DNA of 64,000 nucleotides from contig JAQTPL010000002.1 in assembly GCA_028712895.1 (NCBI GenBank), positions 5,303 to 69,302 on the forward strand, in the 5' to 3' direction. Positions 51,908 through 60,963 of this stretch are shown one piece after another. This stretch comes from a bacterium (GTDB lineage: Bacteria > CAYTYR01 > UBA6262). Each line of letters begins with the position of its first letter. Position 1 is the stretch's first letter. The notes under the pieces were generated by a model. The model saw only the letters and a list, made by a program, of their open reading frames with translations. It made no database searches and was not told where the DNA came from. The translations under genes were made by a program, and so were the position numbers.

Positions 51908-52840
51908 TTAAGGCTGGCCAGCCTGGTCCGGGCTGTTATCAGGAAGGAATTGGAGCTTTTTTAATGTAGCAAGGTTCTGGAATATTGACTTCTGAATGGA
52001 TTTCTCATACCGCATAACCTTCTCGGCGTTATCGCCAGCCGGGAGTGAGCATATCTTGATATTAACTTCCTCGGCAATTTTGTTTTTAAGCTTCTTCTGT
52101 TCAAGGTCATATATCTCCTTTTTATACCCTTTATTCTGCCTATCTAACTTCTGGACAAGCTCATCAGCAATATCTTTGTCCGTATAACCAGCTTTCTTTA
52201 ATATTGCCTTTACTTCTTCAAAAGGGAGCCCGCCATCTTCAAACCTCAAAGATTCATCTTCTGACATAGCCTTTTCTTTTATAGCTTCGGCAACCATAGT
52301 CAAATCTGCCTCAATATCGCTTTCCAATCCTTCGCCTGACCATGTAGGATTGTTAAAGTTGACAACACCTTTTTTAAGGGCTTTGATATAGGCATTATTC
52401 CAGTCGAAATACTCCTGTTGTTGCCTTATTTCTTCGTCAAGTTCGTCATTTGTCTTGTTTTCTCTCTTCCCCAGATCATCTTCCTTGTTGTAATAGTCAT
52501 AAATGACCATATCAAGGTATTTGCGAATGCTTCCGGTCTCAAAGCGTAGGACCCGGCGTAAACGCCAAAAGTCAACGGCGATCTTCTCAACCAGCAAATG
52601 CTCCAGCTGGCCGGAAGGACTAAGGCTCTGCGCGAGATTAGAAAGTAACTGCCGATATTCTTCCTCACTCTCTCTGCCATCACCGCTTGAGATAATCAAA
52701 TCTCGGGCAAATACGCCATGTTTAACGGCATTCTGGGAGACAATAACCTTCCCTTCATCCGTCACTGCCCCTGTTGACACTAAGGCATTCTTTTTATTTG
52801 CTTCAATCTGTTTTTTTGTCGTCATAATAACCCCCCTCAT
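51908..52840 (-). CDS. Hypothetical protein (element cargo)
   Basis: 310 aa ORF whose start overlaps the stop of 52837-53331 by 4 nt (translational coupling). No recognisable motif. Confidence 0.45.
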   Translation of the reverse strand: MRGVIMTTKKQIEANKKNALVSTGAVTDEGKVIVSQNAVKHGVFARDLIISSGDGRESEEEYRQLLSNLAQSLSPSGQLEHLLVEKIAVDFWRLRRVLRFETGSIRKYLDMVIYDYYNKEDDLGKRENKTNDELDEEIRQQQEYFDWNNAYIKALKKGVVNFNNPTWSGEGLESDIEADLTMVAEAIKEKAMSEDESLRFEDGGLPFEEVKAILKKAGYTDKDIADELVQKLDRQNKGYKKEIYDLEQKKLKNKIAEEVNIKICSLPAGDNAEKVMRYEKSIQKSIFQNLATLKKLQFLPDNSPDQAGQP

Positions 52841-53331
52841 TTGAATAGTTTATTTGCCATCTTTGGTGAAACACCCATTTTTAGAAACAATCTGTCAAAT
52901 TTGTGGCTTTCCTTTGAGCTTTCATAGGTAAGGTTATAACAATGCCTGCACCCGAAGTATTTACCTCTCCCTATATGAAGCGATCCGACCCGGTGACCAC
53001 ATACACACCCATTGACCATAATAGGACAGGTAAACCACCACCGGTGCCCCCCAAAATGGCAAGGTGTCCAGACAAGCCGTGTCTGATAGTCAAGCTCGGT
53101 CTTTTCGTTCGTATTCCTGTCAGTCTGGGTGTATTGGAAGCGGATATATTCGTCACCTTCCACCGTTGAGACCATAAAGCTAATACTGCCTGTCTTTTCA
53201 CCGTTGCGACTCCAGTTCATACCACCCGAGCGGACACCGCCGTCAAAGTAGTGATGTTTGTTAAGGAATTTCGCTGTGATTGTCTTACATTCCTCAATTG
53301 TCAATCTGCTTGAATATGACCATCTGCCCAT
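52837..53331 (-). CDS. Hypothetical Cys-rich (putative zinc-ribbon) protein (element cargo)
   Basis: 164 aa. C-terminal cluster CHFGGHRWWFTCPIMVNGCVCGH...CRHC. Coupled to the downstream 310 aa ORF. Confidence 0.45.
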   Translation of the reverse strand: MGRWSYSSRLTIEECKTITAKFLNKHHYFDGGVRSGGMNWSRNGEKTGSISFMVSTVEGDEYIRFQYTQTDRNTNEKTELDYQTRLVWTPCHFGGHRWWFTCPIMVNGCVCGHRVGSLHIGRGKYFGCRHCYNLTYESSKESHKFDRLFLKMGVSPKMANKLFK

Positions 53332-53385
53332 TGAAAATAATTTTTCTCCCTGGATTTTTCCTAAATCAATAAGGGAACATAACCC

Positions 53386-53742
53386 TTAAACAAGGCTGAC
53401 AACCGTTCCGTCAAATATATCAAGGGCCTGTTTGACTATCCCGGGAAGCAACCCCTTCTCAAGAAGCCGGCCAACAAGCTCTTTCTGTTTATCTACTGAA
53501 AGGTTATTCCAGCGCAATGAAAATGACTTTTCCATCCGTTCAAGCTCTGCCTTGTCTTGATCCGTTGCCGTGCTGTTCTCACCTTTCACAAGTTCTGACT
53601 GCGCGCCAATAGCCGAATAAAACGTAATAAGCTCTACTACCTCATCCGGCCTGTCGGCAATTGCACTGATTACCTGTAATGCTTCCTGCCTCCTGGCTTT
53701 TAATTTCCTTATACCATCCAATAAACTAAACATCTTCTTCAC
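53386..53742 (-). CDS. Hypothetical protein (element cargo)
   Basis: 118 aa ORF in the AT-rich element. No motif recognised. Confidence 0.4.
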   Translation of the reverse strand: MKKMFSLLDGIRKLKARRQEALQVISAIADRPDEVVELITFYSAIGAQSELVKGENSTATDQDKAELERMEKSFSLRWNNLSVDKQKELVGRLLEKGLLPGIVKQALDIFDGTVVSLV

Positions 53743-53951
53743 CCCTTACTTTATTTGAGACTTTAAGGCGTTTACGCTTAATCCCATATAAAACAAGCAC
53801 TTTTACTGCCTTAAAACCTGTCTTGAAACCGCCTTGAGTCTTTTAGACCATATCAAGGCGTCATAACCCATTGAAAACAAAGGGAAAACCACTATTTGGC
53901 TTAAAGTCTTAATTTTATTTCCACCTGATAAAAGAAACATTTTTGATACCC

Positions 53952-56429
53952 CTATATTTTGAACCTCTCGCATAGATCTTGAAACACCGTAACGTCCATG
54001 ATATAAACCCGTTTCTTTTCGCCGTCTATGCGTTTCTGCTCGGATATAATCTTTACCTTTTTAAGCCTGCGGGTGAGGACGTTCGTTCTCTGTATCCAGT
54101 CAAAATCCTCGTTCGCCTTGAAATAATCAAGCACCGCCTGAGCGTCAAATACCTTGATATTACCGTCCTCTTGAATAGCAGGAATCTCATCAATCATCAC
54201 CTTAACCACGTTAAGCAGTTTATAGGTCTCGTTCTGGGAAACACTATCAGACTGCTTCTCAGCAACGGACTTTTGGCTTAATACTTCCATTTTATCGGTT
54301 AGATTGGTATTTTCGCCCTGCGAGTCAATGACATTGGCAAGAAGAAACACCGGCTCCCAAATATCAAGCTCCCGGTTATTCAAATGACTCATACCCTGAA
54401 TAACGTCTCCCGGGGCATAATAGACTTCCGCAATCTGCCGGGCATAGGTAAGGGCAAACATATAAAGATCATCCCGAATGCTTCGCTGTAAGTCAATAAT
54501 CTCCCCCGTCTCTTTATACCGCTGGACGGTTTCGTCATCTTTCTTGCGTAATAGCGGAATACGGACAGTGCGATCTTGCAATACATCATCAATGTCGTTT
54601 ATCCCGGCAAACATCTTAGGCGAATAGGCACTGTATGACTTAACCACAAAACCGCCCTGACCAGTGCTTTCCGTCCGCTTCACAACGCCCGCTTTATTAA
54701 ACCCGGCATTAAGAACACTGATAAGCGAGCCATAAGTATCTTTATCCCGCTTACGAAGCTGTTCTACCTCATCAATAAACATTGTTATAAGGTTATTGGA
54801 AATATCCCGAAATATAACCGACTCCGTAGGATTGGTAATAAGCTCACCGTTAAAGGCAATACTTGCGAGTATTTCCATTAAAAGCGTCTTGCCCGATCCT
54901 TTCTCGGCGTTAAGCCACACATAAGGGTAATAGCGAAAAATCATAAAAAGGTATGTCCCCATAACCCATAGCGTGACAAAGCTCAAATACGCTTCATCCG
55001 GGAAGCAGATAAACCGCTTTATGTAGTTATAAACTTTTGAGTAAACCCCGGGAATGTCGACCGTGTAATTGTCCTCAATAAAGGTGCGTATACCCTTATA
55101 GGAAAAACGGGCAGTATCAACGGTCGTATGCTTTAGCATGATGCCTTCGCTTTCGGCGTCTTCAAAAGAGCATAACTGCTTATCAGAAGTCACAAGGCAG
55201 TGCGTATTTTTAATCGCCACCGCAAATGACATAATGCCTTCGTTAAAATCCTGTGCCGGATGAACGGTGCGTGAGCCTTCCTTATCCCGGAGTATTTCAA
55301 TCAAATCTTCTTTATTCAAGCGCTTTGCCTCTGTGTTTTTTGGCTCTTTGCGATAACTTTTAAGGACTTTCTCATAGCTCTTAAGATCATCATTCGTGAA
55401 GCTGAAATGATCTTTTATCGTATATTTAAGAATTGCGTCTGTCTGTGCCGGATTAAGCCCTGCTATTTCTTTAAGGATGGGGTCAAGCAGAGCAGGTATT
55501 TTCGACTTGTGCGTGTCTTTCGGGATTGCTTTTATCTTCTTCTCAAGCTCGGCAAGTTTGTCCTCTGAGAGGATCGGCTCTGCGGTGCCTGCCGGTGGAA
55601 TCTTAATATCAATACCGTATTTTTCTTTGGCCACTTTCAATGCTTGTGTAAATTTATCACCCCTTAGGCTACCTGGCATAGCTTCCCGGCAATCAATAAT
55701 CCCTTCCAATACGGCGATAAGAGATATTGCCCCGCCCCCCGAGTTGCAACGGAAACAGTGCCACACATTTTTATCAGGATGGACAACTAAATTACTATTA
55801 TTCGTTGAACCGTGAACAGGATGACCACATACATACTGGCTTCCGATCCGCTTCGTCTGGACACCAGTTTTATTCAACACTTCAACAACGCTTATATCGC
55901 CTGCCTCTGTTTCAACGTCTTTTTGCGGATAATCAAAAGTGATATATGCCAGAAGCTCGGAGTAAATCTGTTCTCGCGTTATTTCTGAAATATTAACATC
56001 ATTAACAACCTCATACATAACGCCAGTATCAGGATGAATACTACCCGGGGCAACCACCTGCGAACCGCTTGAAATAATTTCCCCATAATGCATATCGTCC
56101 TTTTTTAACACGATCTTCTTTGGGATATCTTTTGAAAGGTAATAATAATGAAACCCTTTGCGAGTCTTGACCGTGAGAGTATCCGGGAAACGCTCTTTTA
56201 TGACAGTGCTTATTACTTCTGTATCGGCATCAATAATGATAAGATTGCCATATCCACCAAGCACACCGTAATTACCACCTTGATCAATCCATGATTGAAT
56301 TTCGGCAAACGAATAAGGTTTATTCTGCCAGTCTGGTTCAAAGGGGATTTTTGAGCGGGCTTTCAGCTTCACGAATCCGAAGCTGTCTATTTGTAACTGC
56401 TTAGGTATTCTTTGCTTTACCATCTCCAT
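53952..56429 (-). CDS. Replication protein: N-terminal bifunctional primase-polymerase (Prim-Pol) domain, Zn-binding region, C-terminal P-loop helicase-like domain
   Basis: Prim-Pol motifs GNYGVLGGYGNLIIIDADTE. Zinc ligands CGHPVHG...HCFRCNSGG. Walker A NAEKGSGKTLLM and Walker B FIDEVEQ. Confidence 0.75.
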   Translation of the reverse strand: MEMVKQRIPKQLQIDSFGFVKLKARSKIPFEPDWQNKPYSFAEIQSWIDQGGNYGVLGGYGNLIIIDADTEVISTVIKERFPDTLTVKTRKGFHYYYLSKDIPKKIVLKKDDMHYGEIISSGSQVVAPGSIHPDTGVMYEVVNDVNISEITREQIYSELLAYITFDYPQKDVETEAGDISVVEVLNKTGVQTKRIGSQYVCGHPVHGSTNNSNLVVHPDKNVWHCFRCNSGGGAISLIAVLEGIIDCREAMPGSLRGDKFTQALKVAKEKYGIDIKIPPAGTAEPILSEDKLAELEKKIKAIPKDTHKSKIPALLDPILKEIAGLNPAQTDAILKYTIKDHFSFTNDDLKSYEKVLKSYRKEPKNTEAKRLNKEDLIEILRDKEGSRTVHPAQDFNEGIMSFAVAIKNTHCLVTSDKQLCSFEDAESEGIMLKHTTVDTARFSYKGIRTFIEDNYTVDIPGVYSKVYNYIKRFICFPDEAYLSFVTLWVMGTYLFMIFRYYPYVWLNAEKGSGKTLLMEILASIAFNGELITNPTESVIFRDISNNLITMFIDEVEQLRKRDKDTYGSLISVLNAGFNKAGVVKRTESTGQGGFVVKSYSAYSPKMFAGINDIDDVLQDRTVRIPLLRKKDDETVQRYKETGEIIDLQRSIRDDLYMFALTYARQIAEVYYAPGDVIQGMSHLNNRELDIWEPVFLLANVIDSQGENTNLTDKMEVLSQKSVAEKQSDSVSQNETYKLLNVVKVMIDEIPAIQEDGNIKVFDAQAVLDYFKANEDFDWIQRTNVLTRRLKKVKIISEQKRIDGEKKRVYIMDVTVFQDLCERFKI

Positions 56430-56449
56430 ATCAATAATTTCCTTTCTTA

Positions 56450-56737
56450 CTATGTATTAAAAACCATTGTCTTTAAATCTTGAATTGCATTTTTAAAAGC
56501 CGTTATATTCACAAGCCCGTCATTAAAAAATTCCTGTATAAGCTCTTTGCGGTCATCCCGGTCATCAAAGACAAAAACAAACTTGTTGCCATTTCTGCAT
56601 TTATCCCTTAGTTTCATGCCTTTTGATTTTAAGTATGCTGAAAGGTAAAGGTCACTTGTCCTGTATGTGCCCATTATTTGCACTGTCACTTTTGCAATCT
56701 CCATCCACCACCTGTTTTGATATAAAATCACGGGCAA
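56450..56737 (-). CDS. Hypothetical small protein (element)
   Basis: 95 aa ORF immediately upstream of the replication gene. Confidence 0.4.
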   Translation of the reverse strand: MPVILYQNRWWMEIAKVTVQIMGTYRTSDLYLSAYLKSKGMKLRDKCRNGNKFVFVFDDRDDRKELIQEFFNDGLVNITAFKNAIQDLKTMVFNT

Positions 56738-56835
56738 TGATCCTCGTCAGTATGCGAAGCCCAGTGTCTAATTCATTTGTATTATTATTACTAATCAAAA
56801 CTGTTTCGTTGCTAATAGTCATTACATTCATCTGT

Positions 56836-57081
56836 TTATTCCACGATTTTATAAATATCGTTAAACTCATTTATCTTTAAGTATTCCATCATTTTCTGTC
56901 TTAATTCTGGCGAAGGGTATCTATACCCACTCATAAGCTGGGACATATACCCGCTTGTAATGCCTATTCTATGGGCAAAGTTGTTTTGTGAAATATTTTT
57001 CAGTAGAAGGTATTTCTTAATCCTTGTAGATTTTAGCAAAGCTCTCATTTGTATTTCTCCTTTCTTGCTATTGTTATGCAA
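56836..57081 (-). CDS. XRE-family helix-turn-helix regulator (Cro/CI-like)
   Basis: NISQNNFAHRIGITSGYMSQLMSG is an HTH_3 motif. Divergent from the plus-strand XRE gene. Confidence 0.7.
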   Translation of the reverse strand: MHNNSKKGEIQMRALLKSTRIKKYLLLKNISQNNFAHRIGITSGYMSQLMSGYRYPSPELRQKMMEYLKINEFNDIYKIVE

Positions 57082-57196
57082 GTTAATTATATAACACTTT
57101 TTATATCATGTCAACTGTTTAGCAAAAATAATGCTTGCTAAAGTATAGCACTTATGATATTATGTTTTTACAGATACATAAAAAGGGGGACAGGTT

Positions 57197-57556
57197 ATGG
57201 CTAATGAATTTGGCGCTTACCTGAAGAAATTAAGAGAGGATAGGGAACTTACTCTTAGGGAAGTTGAGGCAAAGGCAAAGATTTCCAATGCCTATTTATC
57301 TCAATTAGAAAGGGGTGAAAAAGGAATACCTACAATCAAAGTCCTAAGCAGACTTGCAAAAGCATACGGCGTTCTTATAAACGAAATGATGGCAAAAGCC
57401 GAAAGTGCTTTTAAAGATGAAAAAATAGATATTACTGCTACTACTCCTAATGGTGAATTTGTTGCAAGAGGATATGATAAATTACCAGAAGATAAAAAGA
57501 TGGCTTTACAAAGTTATCTTCAACATCTCTTAAGTGAGGCGAAAAAACAAAAATGA
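57197..57556 (+). CDS. XRE-family helix-turn-helix regulator (ImmR-like)
   Basis: LREVEAKAKISNAYLSQLERGEK is an HTH_3 motif. GGGGG Shine-Dalgarno upstream. Overlaps the ImmA-like gene start (ATGA). Confidence 0.8.
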   Translation: MANEFGAYLKKLREDRELTLREVEAKAKISNAYLSQLERGEKGIPTIKVLSRLAKAYGVLINEMMAKAESAFKDEKIDITATTPNGEFVARGYDKLPEDKKMALQSYLQHLLSEAKKQK

Positions 57557-58512
57557 CCAAGACTTTTGACGATTATCTTGGAGCAAGACCTTCCCTGTAT
57601 GGAAGAAACCTACTTAAGCGATTAGGTAACCAAAAATATTATGTTAATGAATATGACGTAATAGATTTTCTCGGTTATGAAATAAAACCGCTTAACCCTG
57701 AAGAACATAAAGGGATTTTGGAGTATAAAGGCATAGGCGATATTTTTGATGACCTTTGCGCAATAACATTTTACCGTGACAATATCATGTTTATTTCTGA
57801 ATCTATGCCCCCTACAAGGAAAAGATACACTATTTTCCACGAAATTGGCCACGAAATAAATGAACATCATCCGAAGGGATTAGTTTCAATAGGCAAAAAC
57901 AGTGATATAGATACTACTTCATATAAGCTTGCCGAGAGAGATGCTTTTTTAGCAGGTGCGGAAGTAATGTTTCCGCTAAAAAACTTTATTAATGATTCAA
58001 CCAGTCTTTCTTTGCAGTTTTCTTCTATTGAAAGTATTGCCCAAAGATATTGCGGTTCTTTTGAAGCTACGGCGATAAGGTATACTCTTACCAATCAAAA
58101 TATTATGGCTATTGTAGTAGTAAAAGAGAACGATTTAATTGACAACATAGAGAAGTTCACAAATAATTCATCTCCTAATGAATATTTATTGCCTTTACAA
58201 ATACCATTTTCTCAAAAACCAAATCTATCACCTACGCCTATTGCACCCCTGAGGGTTCAATATTGCATTCGTTCTTATCTTTTCCCAAAATTCATAAAAT
58301 CCGGCATTGAAATCGGTGAAGATAACCTTATATATAAATCATGGAAATCAAATATTTCTTTAACCGGTGAAATCCCCGCTTCGGTATTTGGTTCTTCTGC
58401 TAAGTTCAACTATACAGCGGAATGCAGACCGATTAACGGCAGAGTCTTTGTTTTATTATCACTTCCTGACAATCAGTTAAAACTATTTAATGGAGTCTCA
58501 TTATGCGGGTAG
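57553..58512 (+). CDS. ImmA/IrrE-family zinc metallopeptidase
   Basis: HEIGHEINEHH (HEXXH). Typical partner of an XRE repressor in ICE and prophage switches. Confidence 0.8.
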   Translation: MTKTFDDYLGARPSLYGRNLLKRLGNQKYYVNEYDVIDFLGYEIKPLNPEEHKGILEYKGIGDIFDDLCAITFYRDNIMFISESMPPTRKRYTIFHEIGHEINEHHPKGLVSIGKNSDIDTTSYKLAERDAFLAGAEVMFPLKNFINDSTSLSLQFSSIESIAQRYCGSFEATAIRYTLTNQNIMAIVVVKENDLIDNIEKFTNNSSPNEYLLPLQIPFSQKPNLSPTPIAPLRVQYCIRSYLFPKFIKSGIEIGEDNLIYKSWKSNISLTGEIPASVFGSSAKFNYTAECRPINGRVFVLLSLPDNQLKLFNGVSLCG

Positions 58513-60071
58513 CTTTGTATGCCAGAGTATCATCGGAAAAACAGGCTGAAAAGGACTTATCACTGCCAGCCCAGTTAAAAGCTCTTAGGGAATATGCTCT
58601 AAAACGGCAGTGGACAATCGTTGAAGAATTTATTGATGAGGCTGAAAGTGCCCGGACAGCCGATCGCCCGGAATTTCAACGAATGATTACATCAGCTAAG
58701 CATAAAGACGCCCCCTTCAATGTGATCCTTGTTTGGAAATTGAACCGCTTTGCCCGCAACCGTGAAGATTCTATAATTTACAAATCGCTACTCCGTAAGC
58801 GTGGTATTCAGGTTATTTCAACAAATGAAAACATTGATGAAGGCCCAACCGGTAAGCTTCTTGAGGGCATTATTGAGTCTATTGATGAATTTTACTCAGC
58901 AAATCTTTCACAGGACACTATCCGGGGATTAAAAGAAAATGCTATGCGGGGCTTCTGGAATGGTGGAATCGCCCCCTTTGGATATGACTTTGACTTTGTA
59001 AAGGTAGGAAACAACACAAAGCGGAAACTTAAAATCAATAAAATAAGAGCTTCAATAGTAAAAAAGATATTTAGCTTATCACTTGAGGGTGTAGGGATAA
59101 AAGAAATTGCAAAAGCATTGAACCAGGAAGGCTTTAAACGTAAAAGCGGTCAACCGTGGACAAACTCAAGTATCAGTTATATCTTAAATAACCCTATTTA
59201 TACTGGGTGTCTATTCTGGGATGAAGGCAAACACAATCCAAAAGCCGGCAAGCCCGTGATTAAGGTGCCAAATACTCACCCGGCCATTATTTCTGAAGGA
59301 GATTTCAATGAAGCCAGAAAACAGATAAGCTCCCGGTCAAGAAAAGTCATTCATCCAAGGGCATTAGGATCAAGATATCTTCTAAGCGGTATTTTACGGT
59401 GCAAAAAGTGCGGGAGTGCCATGACGGCATGTAGTGCTAAGTCTGGGAAGTTCCATTATTATTTCTGCCAGACATACCTCAAAAAAGGCAGGGAATACTG
59501 TGACCAAAAGCTAATCCCTGTTAATAAAATTGAGCCTTTAATCATTCAGACCATTAACAAGAGAATACTCACAGAAGAAAATATCAGGAAACTGCTTTTA
59601 ATGCTAAACGCTGAATTGCGGAAATTTGACGTTGAATACAAAACAAAACTTGATCTTATTGATGAGGGGTTAGAGGATAAGTTAAAACGCAGAGCTAAGA
59701 TATTCGAGGGTATAGAAACAGGAGCTATTAATCTACAAGATATCGCCCCAAGATTGAAAGAGCTTAATACTGAAATTGCCGAATTAGAACAGCATAAGCA
59801 GGATATACTCGAAAGACATCAGAATGGCGATGGCTTAAATATAAGTGATGAGCAGTTAAAACCATATACGGATGACCTCATTGAAACACTGTCAAAAGGA
59901 GCAATATCGGAAAGAAAGAGCTTTATACGCTCGTTCGTCAAAAGAATTACCGTCAATTACCCGCAATTAGAGCTTGAATACACTTTTCCCCTACCTATAA
60001 AAGGAAAAGACAGAACATCTACAAGAGAAGTTCTGTCTTTGAGTCAGTTTGGGGTGGCTAACGGGATTTGA
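58503..60071 (+). CDS. Large serine recombinase (integrase)
   Basis: Resolvase catalytic N-terminus MRVALYARVSSEKQ...SLPAQ, recombinase domain, and Cys zinc-ribbon (CKKCGSAMTAC...YFCQ). The C-terminal 7 codons overlap tRNA-His. Confidence 0.9.
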   Translation: MRVALYARVSSEKQAEKDLSLPAQLKALREYALKRQWTIVEEFIDEAESARTADRPEFQRMITSAKHKDAPFNVILVWKLNRFARNREDSIIYKSLLRKRGIQVISTNENIDEGPTGKLLEGIIESIDEFYSANLSQDTIRGLKENAMRGFWNGGIAPFGYDFDFVKVGNNTKRKLKINKIRASIVKKIFSLSLEGVGIKEIAKALNQEGFKRKSGQPWTNSSISYILNNPIYTGCLFWDEGKHNPKAGKPVIKVPNTHPAIISEGDFNEARKQISSRSRKVIHPRALGSRYLLSGILRCKKCGSAMTACSAKSGKFHYYFCQTYLKKGREYCDQKLIPVNKIEPLIIQTINKRILTEENIRKLLLMLNAELRKFDVEYKTKLDLIDEGLEDKLKRRAKIFEGIETGAINLQDIAPRLKELNTEIAELEQHKQDILERHQNGDGLNISDEQLKPYTDDLIETLSKGAISERKSFIRSFVKRITVNYPQLELEYTFPLPIKGKDRTSTREVLSLSQFGVANGI

Positions 60072-60127
60072 ACCCGCGACCTCTAGTGCCACAGACTAGC
60101 GCTCTAACCAGCTGAGCTACAGCCACC
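60050..60127 (-). tRNA. tRNA-His(GTG) with G-1 and encoded CCA
   Basis: G-GTGGCTGTAGCTCAGCTGGTTAGAGCG-CTAGT-CTGTGGC-ACTAG...GGGTTCAAATCCCGTTAGCCACC-C-CCA. The extra 5' G is characteristic of tRNA-His. Confidence 0.85.
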
Positions 60128-60327
60128 ATATTAAGGAAAGTTATAAGTTTTGAATTTTGAGTTTTGAATTTAGGTAAAATTACCTTAACTCATAACTTAC
60201 CTGTCCCCGCGTCTTTGATTTGTCCTTTAAGACAAATCAGCAGGGGAAAACTTAACACTCAAAACTTAAAACTGTTTTTATATTTAAGCGTCCCTGGCGT
60301 GATTCGAACACGCGACCCTCTGCTTAG

Positions 60328-60963
60328 CTTACCGCACTGGATTACTCCAGCCACCGAATTACTGGTGTTGCAAGTCTGGACTATGTCTTCACCGTTTCAG
60401 GTGTGTGGCATATAGTCTCTGAGGACTCTCGCTTGATTTCCAAGTAGTCATTTGCCCATTTAATAAATTTAGTTTGATTATTAGTGGGCTTATCAAAGCG
60501 AATAGCTTTCGGATAATTTGAACTATTTGGTATATAAAGCACTTTCTCTTTATCAGGGCAATAGATTGCATAGTAATCAAAATCATCCTGTTTATAATGC
60601 TTTATATGGGTACCATTTTTATCTGCCCAACTAGTTCTAAACTTAACTTCTATTGTACCGTTTCTCTTTAAAGTGGCATATTTTACTTGTATTTTATAAG
60701 TACTACCATCATCCAAAACAACAACTATATCATACGGTTGGTGCTCAGACAGTGGTAAACAAGGAACATACCCTTTTAAAGTCAAATCGGCTATAACCTT
60801 GGCTACTCCAATATCCGCTTTGACTTTCGTGTGGTGCAATGCTCACTCCTTTCTTTTATGACGACCTGGACCCAGCGGTTGCCTGCAAATTGTCCTGATA
60901 TTTCATCAGGAGTTCCTTGCATATAGCCACATCCACTCTACCTGTTCTTTTCCAAGTAGAGGC
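60328..60963 (-). ncRNA. Group I self-splicing intron (636 nt) in the tRNA-Arg(UCU) anticodon loop, inserted between positions 34 and 35
   Basis: The 3' region reads ...UCAGAGACUAUAUGCCACACACCUGAAACGGUGAAGACAUAGUCCAG..., which contains R-like (CAGAGACUA), P8 hairpin (CACC-UGAAAC-GGUG) and S-like (AAGACAUAGUCC) elements. The last intron nucleotide is G and the last exon-1 nucleotide is U. P2-like hairpin CUCUAC...GUAGAG near the 5' end. Confidence 0.7.
60381..60839 (-). CDS. Intron-encoded ORF (152 aa), putative homing endonuclease (possibly PD-(D/E)xK-like)
   Basis: TTG start 6 nt after a perfect AAGGAG Shine-Dalgarno inside the intron. The stop codon UAG is the UAG of the P7 3' strand. The basic protein contains PYDIVVVLDDGSTYKIQVKY. 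Confidence 0.55.
   Translation of the reverse strand: MHHTKVKADIGVAKVIADLTLKGYVPCLPLSEHQPYDIVVVLDDGSTYKIQVKYATLKRNGTIEVKFRTSWADKNGTHIKHYKQDDFDYYAIYCPDKEKVLYIPNSSNYPKAIRFDKPTNNQTKFIKWANDYLEIKRESSETICHTPETVKT

Larger units (their letters stand above)
45850..60050. mobile_element. Integrated AT-rich mobile element (about 14 kb) carrying a type III R-M system and a putative defence gene, ending next to tRNA-His
   Basis: Abrupt drop in GC after 45.83 kb. Contents: SLOG/NDT-like protein, mod-res, three unknown genes, primase-polymerase/helicase, divergent XRE and ImmA/IrrE switch, large serine recombinase. The recombinase ORF reads 22 nt into tRNA-His. The left boundary is approximate. Confidence 0.65.

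Noticed and set aside
60195-60250. Imperfect long hairpin between tRNA-His and tRNA-Arg, considered as a terminator
   Set aside because: On the transcribed (minus) strand it is not followed by a U-tract. It is more likely a tRNA precursor processing structure. It is not annotated as a feature.
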